57,648 bases of DNA from Kiritimatiellia bacterium (GCA_028700415.1 JAQVSS010000005.1:1-57648), one strand, 5' to 3'; shown: positions 19,511 to 28,515, numbered from the stretch's first letter. Notes: generated from the sequence alone by a model not told the origin. A program made the numbers and translations.

Positions 19511-19915
19511 TCATTCGGCACTCCTTGCCGGGCGGGAAACCTTTTCTCCGCTCTTCTCGTTCTTTCGCGCTGTCTCGACACTTTTGAACAAGATGGAAAT
19601 CACCTCGTCATTTTCTTTCAGCAGCGATTGGAGGCAGTCGGCAGACGAAATCAGCCCCGCCCGAACAATGATACGCAACCACACTTTGGTCTCGCGGAGT
19701 TCTTTGAGCGCAATCCTGATTTTGTGAACGAAGTCCGCTCTCGATTCGGCACCCTGTGCTTCGCCATAGTTTGCAGCCGATGATGTTCCGCTCCGCAATA
19801 TCTGCTCGGCAATGTGTTGCCCCGCCAGCGTATTCGGCAAGGATCCCGCCACTTTGATGATCCTGACAGCGAACTCGATCAGACGCTCTTCCAGATCGAA
19901 CTTCCCGTCATACAT
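19511..19915 (-). CDS. Four-helix-bundle protein (23S rRNA intervening-sequence protein family)
   Basis: MYDGKFDLEERLIEFAVRIIKVAGSLPNTLAGQHIAEQILRSGTSSAANYGEAQGAESRADFVHKIRIALKELRETKVWLRII. Strong RBS AAGGAGG 4-5 nt upstream of ATG 19915. The ORF-track N-terminal extension is translated repeat. Confidence 0.85.
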   Translation of the reverse strand: MYDGKFDLEERLIEFAVRIIKVAGSLPNTLAGQHIAEQILRSGTSSAANYGEAQGAESRADFVHKIRIALKELRETKVWLRIIVRAGLISSADCLQSLLKENDEVISILFKSVETARKNEKSGEKVSRPARSAE

Positions 19916-19922
19916 GTGTCCT

Positions 19923-19980
19923 CCTTGGGCATTGGACATTCCATGTTGGGCATTGGGCATTCCCTGTTGGGCATTGGACC
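19923..19980. repeat. Right arm: three tandem ~20-bp units (TTGGGCATTGGRCATTCC) inverted relative to 19458-19482
   Basis: ccttgggcattggacattccatg / ttgggcattgggcattccctg / ttgggcattggacc, read directly. It ends 2 nt before the kamA stop. Confidence 0.65.
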
Positions 19981-19981
19981 T

Positions 19982-21280
<1,299 letters not shown>

Positions 21281-21333
21281 AGTAAACTCCTTGTCAAATC
21301 AGGCCTCGTTTCCTGACCGTGTTACCACACGGC

Positions 21334-21385
21334 ATAGGATGCCCTTTTGCGGCATCCTATTACGCCTGTTTGGCGATCTTGTCAA
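21334..21385 (-). promoter_or_regulatory. Candidate kamA promoter (minus strand TTGACA-17-TAATAG) whose -10 overlaps a perfect 10-bp inverted repeat
   Basis: Plus-strand tgtcaa at 21380-21385 and ctatta at 21357-21362. The IR is ataggatgcc-N7-ggcatcctat at 21334-21360. Confidence 0.4.
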
Positions 21386-21438
21386 GCGTGTCTATTCAAC
21401 TTTTCAGTTTTTTTTCACGCATGCCGCTGGAGAGCACC

Positions 21439-22932
21439 TTACGAACGGTAGTTGGGCGCTTCCTTGATGATTTTCACATCGTGCGGATGGGCTTCGCGCA
21501 CGCCCGCGTTCGTGACGCGGTAGAAGAGCCCGTCGCGCTTGAGTTCGGCGATCGCGCGCGTGCCGCAGTAGCCGAGCGAAGAGCGCAGGCCGCCGCAGAA
21601 TTGGGTCATGATCTTCTTGACCGAACCGGCCAGCGGGACGATACCCTCGATGCCCTGCGGCACGAGGTCGTCCTCTTTCACGTTGTCTTGCCCGTAGCGC
21701 TGGCGGCTGCCCTTGCCCTCCTTCATGGCGGCCAGGCTGCCCATGCCGCGGTAGATGACATAGTGGCGGCCCTCGTGGATGATCTTTTCGCCGGGGCTCT
21801 CTTCGGTGCCCGCCAGGATCGAGCCGAGCATCACGGTGTCCGCGCCCGCGACCAGCGCCTTGGGCACGTCGCCCGAATGGCGGACACCGCCGTCGGCGAT
21901 GACCGGGATCTCGTCGCCGACCGCCTGCGCCGCGTTGTAAACGGCGGTGATCTGAGGGATGCCGACGCCGCACACGACCCGCGTGGTGCAAATGGAGCCG
22001 GGGCCGATGCCGACCTTGACGGCGTGCGCGCCGGCCTTCATCAGGGCCAGGGCGCCTTCGCCCGTGGCCACGTTGCCGCCGACCACGTCGATGTCGGGAT
22101 AGTGCCGGGTGATCCACGTCACCATGTCGAGGATGCCCTTGGAGTGGCCGTGGGCGCTGTCGACCACCACCACGTCGACCTCCTCTTCCGCGAGCATCGC
22201 CATGCGGTTGTGGTCGTCCGCGCTGACCGCGGCGGCCACGCGCAGGCGGTAACGGCTGTCGCGGGTGTAGAGGGGCTGGGCGTTCTCCACCAGCTCCAGC
22301 ACGTCGGTGAAGGAGTAGAGGCCGACGAGCTGCCCGTCGCGGTCGACGAGGGGGAGCTTGCCGATCTTGTTTTCCGTCATGATGGCATAGGCCTGTTCCA
22401 GCGTGGTGCCGGGAGCGGCGGTGATGACGCGGGTGGTCATCACGTCCGAGACACGGGCCGCCGTCTTTTTGGCGAAACGGATGTCGCTGGACGTCACGAT
22501 GCCCGCGAGCCGGTTCTGGTCGTCGAGGATCGGGAACCCGCTGAACGAGAGGTGGTGCTCCTCGCGGTAGTCGCGGATGTAGGCCAGCGTGTCGCTGGCG
22601 CGGAAGGCCACGGGCTTCATGATGAGCCCGTTGAGGTGGTGCTTCACGCGGCGCACATGTTGGGCCTGGACCTCGGGCGGCAGGTTCTTGTGGATCACGC
22701 CGATGCCCCCGAGCATCGCCATGGCGGTCGCCATGCCCGCCTCGGTGACGGTGTCCATCGCGGCGCTGGCAAAGGGGATGTTGAGCGTGATGCGGCTGGT
22801 GAACCGGGAGGCCAAGCTGGTCTCGTCCGGGAGAAAGTCCGCGTAGCGCGTGACGAGTGTGACATCGTCGAACGTCAGCCCCTCATAGGGGAACTGTTTC
22901 ATGAAAGCGGTGACCTGAGAATTGACATGCAT
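21439..22932 (-). CDS. guaB: IMP dehydrogenase
   Basis: 497 aa. LTFDDV, tandem CBS region, catalytic loop [19 protein letters not shown] 6 nt upstream of ATG 22932. Confidence 0.95.
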   Translation of the reverse strand: MHVNSQVTAFMKQFPYEGLTFDDVTLVTRYADFLPDETSLASRFTSRITLNIPFASAAMDTVTEAGMATAMAMLGGIGVIHKNLPPEVQAQHVRRVKHHLNGLIMKPVAFRASDTLAYIRDYREEHHLSFSGFPILDDQNRLAGIVTSSDIRFAKKTAARVSDVMTTRVITAAPGTTLEQAYAIMTENKIGKLPLVDRDGQLVGLYSFTDVLELVENAQPLYTRDSRYRLRVAAAVSADDHNRMAMLAEEEVDVVVVDSAHGHSKGILDMVTWITRHYPDIDVVGGNVATGEGALALMKAGAHAVKVGIGPGSICTTRVVCGVGIPQITAVYNAAQAVGDEIPVIADGGVRHSGDVPKALVAGADTVMLGSILAGTEESPGEKIIHEGRHYVIYRGMGSLAAMKEGKGSRQRYGQDNVKEDDLVPQGIEGIVPLAGSVKKIMTQFCGGLRSSLGYCGTRAIAELKRDGLFYRVTNAGVREAHPHDVKIIKEAPNYRS

Positions 22933-23038
22933 AAAAGACCTCCGAACCCTTTCGCTTTCCCGTTATTATATAACCGATCTGTGCCGGATTAGCAATGCGC
23001 AAGGCGGAAGGGGCCCAAAAAAATATCGGCGGACGCAG

Positions 23039-23067
23039 TTGACATTGATGCGGCGGAATGGTTAAAT
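23039..23067 (+). promoter_or_regulatory. Sigma70-like promoter TTGACA-17-TTAAAT for tRNA-Ala
   Basis: TTGACA at 23039-23044, a 17-nt spacer, TTAAAT at 23062-23067, about 30 nt upstream of the tRNA 5' end. Confidence 0.6.
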
Positions 23068-23096
23068 ACCCCCGTTTTTCGCCTGAAAAGGCTTGT

Positions 23097-23172
<76 letters not shown>

Positions 23173-23188
23173 CTTGAAACAATAAAGG

Positions 23189-23223
23189 AAACCGCGGCTT
23201 CCCGTAGGGGGACGCGGTTTTTT
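23189..23223 (+). terminator. Rho-independent terminator after tRNA-Ala
   Basis: aaaccgcg...cgcggttt stem followed by a T6 run. Confidence 0.7.
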
Positions 23224-23228
23224 GTTTC

Positions 23229-23388
23229 TAACCGCACAGGCCGGCTTCTTTGCTTGTGTTTACCCGTGACACTGAAACGAACTGGACCCGATGTTCGCGC
23301 AAAGGCCGCAGAGTCCGCAGAGTTGATCGAACTCATTCAAGTCGGGATCGGGATTACGATTGAGGCTGTAGGCGGTTAGACTATTAGG
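23229..23388 (+). repeat. Repeat R2, left copy (about 160 bp)
   Basis: The first 51 nt are identical to 28618..28668. By hand alignment the remainder differs by scattered substitutions plus an 8-nt indel. Confidence 0.85.
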
Positions 23389-23408
23389 GGAGAATTGGGA
23401 AGCCAGAT

Positions 23409-23486
23409 GAACGCTCAACGCGGAACTCAGAACGTCGAAGGATTACACTTCAGAGTTGGGCGTTGAACGTTGGACGTTGAGCGTTC
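23409..23486. repeat. Low-complexity hairpin: 12-bp perfect terminal inverted repeat gaacgctcaacg / cgttgagcgttc with CGTTGRR-type internal units
   Basis: Read directly. The right arm is made of tandem cgttgaa-cgttgga-cgttgag-cgttc units. Confidence 0.6.
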
Positions 23487-23685
23487 TATTGGCGCAGTCA
23501 GGACATAGGTAACAAACCAGGCTCAGGATATGGGTGACACTTTCGGATCACTCCCCTCGCCAGGCTGGTGGTTCTCGGGCCCTGGACCGTGCCTTTCATG
23601 GTGGTAGAATCCATAATCCTCCTGTTGGTCGGGGGATCGGGCGACTCCTTCACCAGATTAATGGTTGGGGAAAAGTGGTAAAGTT

Positions 23686-23695
23686 GGGGGGGGGG
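23686..23695 (+). repeat. Homopolymeric G10 tract inside a G-run-rich stretch
   Basis: aagttGGGGGGGGGGagaag, with GGGGG, GGG, GGGG and GGGGG runs nearby (about 23620-23716). Confidence 0.7.
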
Positions 23696-23787
23696 AGAAG
23701 TTCTAAAGTTCGGGGGTTCGTTAGTGCGTTAGTTGGGAAAATACTGAGGACGGAGAGCGGAAGGCGCATTTTGAAAGGCGGTTCGGT

Positions 23788-23816
23788 TTGAACAAACCGG
23801 CTGAACCTGCTAAGAT
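23788..23816 (+). promoter_or_regulatory. Sigma70-like promoter TTGAAC-17-TAAGAT at the head of repeat R1 (left copy), upstream of nqrB
   Basis: Hexamers and 17-nt spacer read directly. The -35 sits inside the 7-2-7 inverted repeat cggtttg-aa-caaaccg (23784-23799). Confidence 0.45.
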
Positions 23817-23918
23817 GCCGACACGATGAAGCGGTGCGTGTTGGCGAATGGAGCTTTTGGAAAGGGGCTGGATATGGGAAATGTACAATGTCAAATTACG
23901 ACCCCACAACAGCCGCCA
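23803..23918 (+). repeat. Repeat R1, left copy (116 bp), directly upstream of nqrB
   Basis: Hand alignment with 28502..28617 gives 5 mismatches in 116 nt and no indels. Confidence 0.9.
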
Positions 23919-23937
23919 AAACAAATCTGGAGGGCGC

Positions 23938-24933
23938 ATGGCGGCAAACGTTAAACTGATCAATTGGCAGAAGCCCATGAAGCATGTCTTGCGCGCCAGC
24001 ACGCCTTTGATGGCATTGTCGATCTATCTGTTCGGTTGGCGCGCTGGCGCGATGTTCCTCTTGACTGCCGCGGCGGCCTTCGCCACGGAAGCGACTTTCA
24101 CGCTCCCGCGCAAAGAGCCGGTCTCTTCCGCCGTTTTCGTTTCCGCCGCGCTTTTCACCTTCTCTCTGCCGCCCACCCTTCCTTTCTGGATGGCGGTTGT
24201 GGGCATCGTCTTCGGCATCGTCTTCGGTAAGATGGTCTACGGTGGGTTCGGACGTAACGTCTTCAACCCCGCGCTGACCGGACGGGCTTTCATCTATATC
24301 AGCTTCGGCAACTTCATGACCGCCCAGTGGTACGAGCCATGGACACGCTTCCCGGCTGGCCTGGCGCACTGGGGCTGGACCGCCGCATCCGCCCCGCCGG
24401 ATGCAATCACCTCGGCCACTCCGGGCGCGCTGCTCAAAATGTCGGCTGAAACTCTAGCCGAGCGCGGCCTCACCGCCGACCTCTCGCTGCGCGCCCTGTT
24501 CATGGGAGATTGCGCCGGTGTGATCGGCGGCACCAGCGCCGCGCTGACCATCCTGTGCGGACTCTACCTGCTGTGGAGCAAGGCCGCCAACTACCGCATC
24601 GTGATCGCGGGCTTTGCAGGCTTCACGGTTGTACAGACCTTTTTTTGGCAACTGGGCGTCGGCAACGCCGCCGATCCTCTGCGCGCCGCCGCCGCCGGCA
24701 GCCTGATCATCGGCATCTTCTTTTATGCCACAGACCCCATCACCGCCTCCCAGACGAATCCCGGACGCTGGATCTACGGCGCTTTCATCGGAGTCATGTC
24801 CTGCCTGATAGCCACCTTCTCGGCCTGGCCGGCCGGCACGATGTTCGCCGTGCTGCTGGCCAACATGTTCGCGCCGATCATGGATCACGTCATCAAACTA
24901 TTGCAGTCCAACCCGGGAAAGGCCGCGACTTGA
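23938..24933 (+). CDS. nqrB: NqrB/RnfD-like membrane subunit (FMN-binding) of an NQR/RNF-type redox pump
   Basis: GFGRNVFNPALTGRAF, flavinylation-type motif PPDAITSATPGALL, YATDPITASQT. Start is set at MAANVK (ATG 23938, GGAGG RBS) because the ORF-track start at 23848 lies inside repeat R1. About 331 aa, which is RnfD-sized. Confidence 0.85.
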   Translation: MAANVKLINWQKPMKHVLRASTPLMALSIYLFGWRAGAMFLLTAAAAFATEATFTLPRKEPVSSAVFVSAALFTFSLPPTLPFWMAVVGIVFGIVFGKMVYGGFGRNVFNPALTGRAFIYISFGNFMTAQWYEPWTRFPAGLAHWGWTAASAPPDAITSATPGALLKMSAETLAERGLTADLSLRALFMGDCAGVIGGTSAALTILCGLYLLWSKAANYRIVIAGFAGFTVVQTFFWQLGVGNAADPLRAAAAGSLIIGIFFYATDPITASQTNPGRWIYGAFIGVMSCLIATFSAWPAGTMFAVLLANMFAPIMDHVIKLLQSNPGKAAT

Positions 24934-25535
24934 TGAATGCCCGCGTCAAAGACGGAGTGCGCACCGCAGGTTTTATGGCGGCGCTGTCGATCGCGCTGAT
25001 CACCTGCATCGCAGCATTGTCTCTAGTCACTGCCGAGCGGGTCCAACGCAACTCCGCGCTCTTCCTGCAAAAGACGGTCATGGCGGTGGCGGGCGAGACT
25101 GTGCCGGACAACCCCGCCGAGGTGGCGGAGTGGTTCAGTACTTCCGTTAAATCCGAGCCGCCCGACGCCCCGTCCCTGTACCGCGTGTACGGCACTGACA
25201 AAATCCGCCCGCGCGCCTTGGTATATAAGCGCAACGCACAAGGCCTGTGGGGCAACATCACCGCCGTGGTCGGCTTCGATCCTGCGCGGCGCGCCTTTCT
25301 GGAGACCCGCTTTATCGAGCATAACGAGACGCCCGGACTAGGTGCGCGCATCAGTGAAGAGTGGTTCGCGCGGCAGACCGCAGGCAAGACCGGGCCTTTC
25401 AAGCTTATGCCCGAAGGCACAAGTTCGCCAGCACCCACGGAGATCGACGCTATCACCGGCGCGACGGTCACATCATCGGCCGTGCGCGACATGCTGAACA
25501 AGCTGCTGCTGGAAATCAAGGAGACCCGGCCATGA
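24933..25535 (+). CDS. nqrC: NqrC/RnfG-like FMN-binding subunit
   Basis: N-terminal TM segment, then the FMN_bind-type motif EIDAITGATVTSSAV. ATG overlaps the nqrB stop (ATGA). About 200 aa, which is RnfG-sized. Confidence 0.85.
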   Translation: MNARVKDGVRTAGFMAALSIALITCIAALSLVTAERVQRNSALFLQKTVMAVAGETVPDNPAEVAEWFSTSVKSEPPDAPSLYRVYGTDKIRPRALVYKRNAQGLWGNITAVVGFDPARRAFLETRFIEHNETPGLGARISEEWFARQTAGKTGPFKLMPEGTSSPAPTEIDAITGATVTSSAVRDMLNKLLLEIKETRP

Positions 25536-26152
25536 CCGCCATCCGCGACTGGAAAATATTCAAAGATAACCTGATGACGCAAAACCCGGTCTTCGTGCAG
25601 GTGCTGGGCATCTGCTCTACACTGGCGGTCACCAATGTGCTTAAAAACACGCTGGTAATGTGCCTGGGCTTGATATTCGTCACGACCCTGTCCAATCTTA
25701 GCCTTTCGCTGCTGCGCGCCTGGATACCCTCGCGCATCCGCATGATGGTGGAAGTGCTGATCATCGCCAGCCTTGTGATCATCGTGGACATATGCCTCAA
25801 AGCCTACTATCCCGACATCTCACGCCAGCTCGGGCCGTACGTGGGACTGATCATTACCAACTGCATCATCATGGGCCGCGCCGAGGCGGTGGCGCTTACC
25901 AGCCCGCCGCGCACAGCCTTGATCGACGGCATATCATCCGGCATCGGCTACTCATACGTGTTGCTGCTGATTGCCTGCTGCCGTGAGCTGCTGGGCACTG
26001 GCGGCATCTGGGGCGTGCGTTTGCTGGGGCAGTCGTGGATCAACTGGTCGATCATGGTCATGGCGCCCGGCGGTTTCTTTGTGTTGGCCGTCTTCATTTG
26101 GATCGTAAAGGGCTGGATTATGCGTCCCGTAACGGGAAAAGCGGGGGCTTAA
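25532..26152 (+). CDS. nqrD: NqrD/RnfE-like membrane subunit
   Basis: QNPVFVQVLGICSTLAVT and LGPYVGLIITNCIIMGRAEA. Start overlaps the nqrC stop. Confidence 0.9.
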   Translation: MTAIRDWKIFKDNLMTQNPVFVQVLGICSTLAVTNVLKNTLVMCLGLIFVTTLSNLSLSLLRAWIPSRIRMMVEVLIIASLVIIVDICLKAYYPDISRQLGPYVGLIITNCIIMGRAEAVALTSPPRTALIDGISSGIGYSYVLLLIACCRELLGTGGIWGVRLLGQSWINWSIMVMAPGGFFVLAVFIWIVKGWIMRPVTGKAGA

Positions 26153-26153
26153 C

Positions 26154-26747
26154 ATGCAGGAACTGGGATTCTTCGCGATTTTGTTCTCAGCGGTGTTCAC
26201 AAACAACATCCTGCTGACCAACTATCTGGGCATGTGCTCATTCCTCGGCTGTTCGCGCGAGATCAAGACCGCGCTGGGGCTGGGTTCGGCCGTGATCTTC
26301 GTCACCGCCGCCACCAGCGTACTCAACTGGCTGGTATACGCCTGCATCCTTGTGCCGCTGGATCTAGTGTACCTGCGTTTCATAGTCTTCATTGTGGTGA
26401 TCGCCGCATTCGTGCAGTTGGTGGAGATGATTATCGAACGCGTCTCCGAACCGCTGTACAACGCGCTGGGCATTTTTCTGCCGCTGATCACGGTAAACTG
26501 CGCGATTTTAGGAGTGAGTCTCTTTATGGTTATTCGCGAATACACGTTCAAACAGGCCGCCGCTTACGGTCTGGGCAGCGGTGTGGGCTGGGCCTTGGCG
26601 ATCATTGCGATGGCTGGCATACGCCAGCGCCTGACGCAGCGTTCGCGCATCCCGCGCGGCCTGGAAGGCCCGGGTATTGCGCTGATCATCGCCGGCACCA
26701 TGGCCCTCGCCTTCATGGGCTTCAACGGCATGATCAACCTTAGCTGA
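26154..26747 (+). CDS. nqrE: NqrE/RnfA-like membrane subunit
   Basis: FSAVFTNNILLTNYLGMCSFLG and LPLITVNCAILGVSL. 197 aa. Confidence 0.9.
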   Translation: MQELGFFAILFSAVFTNNILLTNYLGMCSFLGCSREIKTALGLGSAVIFVTAATSVLNWLVYACILVPLDLVYLRFIVFIVVIAAFVQLVEMIIERVSEPLYNALGIFLPLITVNCAILGVSLFMVIREYTFKQAAAYGLGSGVGWALAIIAMAGIRQRLTQRSRIPRGLEGPGIALIIAGTMALAFMGFNGMINLS

Positions 26748-26772
26748 CTCACAACTCGCCCTCGCCGATCAA

Positions 26773-27873
26773 ATGACCTCCATCCTGATAGCCGTGTCCG
26801 TAATCTGCGCCATCAACACCGCGTTCGCGATTCTCTTGCTGATCGCGGAGGCGCTGATCGTTGACACCGGCGAGTGCCGCATCGTGATTAACGGCGAAAA
26901 GGAACTGGCGGTCAACGGCGGCCGCTCGCTGCTGGCGACGCTCAAAGACGAACAGATCTTCATACCCTCCGCCTGCGGTGGACGCGGTTCCTGCGGCCTC
27001 TGCAAAGTGACGGTATTGGAGGGCGCGGGGCCGTTGTTGCCGACTGAGACGCCCTGGCTGACGCCAGAGGAACAAAAAGGCCAGATTCGCCTGGCCTGCC
27101 AAGTCAAGGTCAGACGTGACCTGCGCATCAAGATCCCTGACGAGCTTTTCAACGTGCGCCAATACTGCACACAGGTTGAGGACATCACCGACCTGACGCA
27201 CGACATCAAACAAATCACCCTCAAGCTACTGGAACCACCTGAAATCGCTTTCAAGGCCGGTCAATTCATCCAGATCGAGGTGCCGCCTTACGCGTTGACC
27301 GACGAGCCGGTCTACCGCGCCTATTCGATCTCTTCAGACCCCGCGGAAAAAGACCACATGGAATTAGAGATCCGCTACGTACCCAACGGCATCTGCACCA
27401 CTTATGTCCACAAGCACCTTAAACCCGGCGACAAAGTTACCCTCAACGGACCCTACGGCGAATTCGGGCTGAGCGCTTCCGACAGCGAGCTCATCTGCAT
27501 TGCCGGCGGTTCCGGCATGGCGCCGATAAAATCGATTCTGCTCGAAATGGCGCGCACCGGCAACCCGCGCCGCTGCCGTTACTTCTTCGGCGCGCGCTCC
27601 GGTCGCGACCTGTTTCTTAATGACCTCATGCGAAGTTTAGAACAAAAGTTGCCAAACTTCAGTTTCATCCCGACCCTTTCTTCGCCGCAGCCGGAGGACC
27701 GTTGGGAAGGCGAGATCGGCAAGGTCACGGATGCCGTGGGACGCCATGTCAAGGATGCCTCACGCGCCGAGGCCTACCTTTGCGGCAGCCCGCTGATGAT
27801 TGACGCTTGCATCAAATTGCTGCGTGAAAAGGACATGCCAGAAGACAAGATTTTTTACGACAAGTTCGCCTGA
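26773..27873 (+). CDS. nqrF: NqrF-like subunit: TM anchor, 2Fe-2S ferredoxin domain and FAD/NADH ferredoxin-reductase domain
   Basis: ACGGRGSCGLCKV...RLACQV (2Fe-2S), YRAYSISS (FAD RxYS), GGSGMAP (NADH). 366 aa. Confidence 0.9.
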   Translation: MTSILIAVSVICAINTAFAILLLIAEALIVDTGECRIVINGEKELAVNGGRSLLATLKDEQIFIPSACGGRGSCGLCKVTVLEGAGPLLPTETPWLTPEEQKGQIRLACQVKVRRDLRIKIPDELFNVRQYCTQVEDITDLTHDIKQITLKLLEPPEIAFKAGQFIQIEVPPYALTDEPVYRAYSISSDPAEKDHMELEIRYVPNGICTTYVHKHLKPGDKVTLNGPYGEFGLSASDSELICIAGGSGMAPIKSILLEMARTGNPRRCRYFFGARSGRDLFLNDLMRSLEQKLPNFSFIPTLSSPQPEDRWEGEIGKVTDAVGRHVKDASRAEAYLCGSPLMIDACIKLLREKDMPEDKIFYDKFA

Positions 27874-27887
27874 ACCGGGAGGCAAGA

Positions 27888-28355
27888 GTGAAACAGAGTG
27901 TCGAATATAACATCATCCAGAACAACATGCAACCGGGCGCGATCACCCGCGACGGTATGCTGGGGCATGACCGGCGGAACCTGCGCGACATCATCGAGAC
28001 GGACGACGCCGCGGTGCGCCGCCTCGGCCTGACGCACATATCCATTGCGGCGCGCATGCGCGAACTGCGTGACGCGGGACGGGAGGGGCTGGGCGAGAAC
28101 GTCACGGTTTCCGGTCGCTTCGACGTGCGGGTGGACAGTGTGCGCGGCAAGCTCCCCTGTCCTTTCCGGCACGAGGGCCTTTTCGACAAAGAGTTCGTCG
28201 AGATTCTCAACCGCGACACCGGCGCGCGCATGACCTTCAGCACGCTTAACATCCACATGATCGAGGAGCACGGCTTTTACGAGGGTCTGGGTTCGCCCTT
28301 TCGTCTCGACCCTGACCTGCTTGCCAGCGTACTCGGCCTGACCCCTGATCCCTGA
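27888..28355 (+). CDS. Hypothetical soluble protein, last gene of the nqr-like operon
   Basis: 155 aa. GTG start with GGGAGG RBS at 5-nt spacing, 15 nt after the nqrF stop. No motif recognised (LNIHMIEEHGFYEGLGSPFRLDP). Confidence 0.6.
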   Translation: MKQSVEYNIIQNNMQPGAITRDGMLGHDRRNLRDIIETDDAAVRRLGLTHISIAARMRELRDAGREGLGENVTVSGRFDVRVDSVRGKLPCPFRHEGLFDKEFVEILNRDTGARMTFSTLNIHMIEEHGFYEGLGSPFRLDPDLLASVLGLTPDP

Positions 28356-28486
28356 CCCCGTGAAATTGGGTTGCGGTTTGCAGGCCGCTGTGGACCACCT
28401 GCTGTCGCATACATTCGCAGGGCGGGCGTCAGCAGGGTCGTATCGGGACATCGAGATAAAAGGCGTTTGTGGAGGGCGGGGAGCGA

Positions 28487-28515
28487 TTGAACAATCAGGC
28501 GGAACCTGCCAAGAT
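28487..28515 (+). promoter_or_regulatory. Promoter-like TTGAAC-17-CAAGAT at the head of repeat R1 (right copy)
   Basis: Same architecture as 23788-23816. The -35 lies inside the 5-2-5 inverted repeat gattg-aa-caatc. The -10 is weaker (C at position 1). Confidence 0.35.

Noticed and set aside
19923-19980. Three tandem ~20-bp repeats as a possible CRISPR array
   Set aside because: The repeats are directly adjacent with no spacers, there are only three units, and no cas genes are present. They are the inverted partner of 19458-19482.
23534-23791. 85-aa + ORF in the spacer between R2 and R1
   Set aside because: Non-ATG start, no RBS, and a Gly/Arg-rich low-complexity product that includes the translated G10 tract. 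It lies in obviously non-coding repeat and hairpin DNA.
23826-23954. Mini-ORF in R1 as a confidently translated leader peptide
   Set aside because: It is kept only as a hypothesis. There is no Shine-Dalgarno sequence, 3 of the 4 substitutions between copies are non-synonymous, and the C-terminal ends differ (31 versus 42 codons).
24510-24932. Upstream parts of the ORF-track entries 24510..25535 and 25361..26152
   Set aside because: They overlap the preceding nqr genes out of frame. The family-typical N-termini start at 24933 (MNARVKD) and 25532 (MTAIRDW), each overlapping the previous stop codon.
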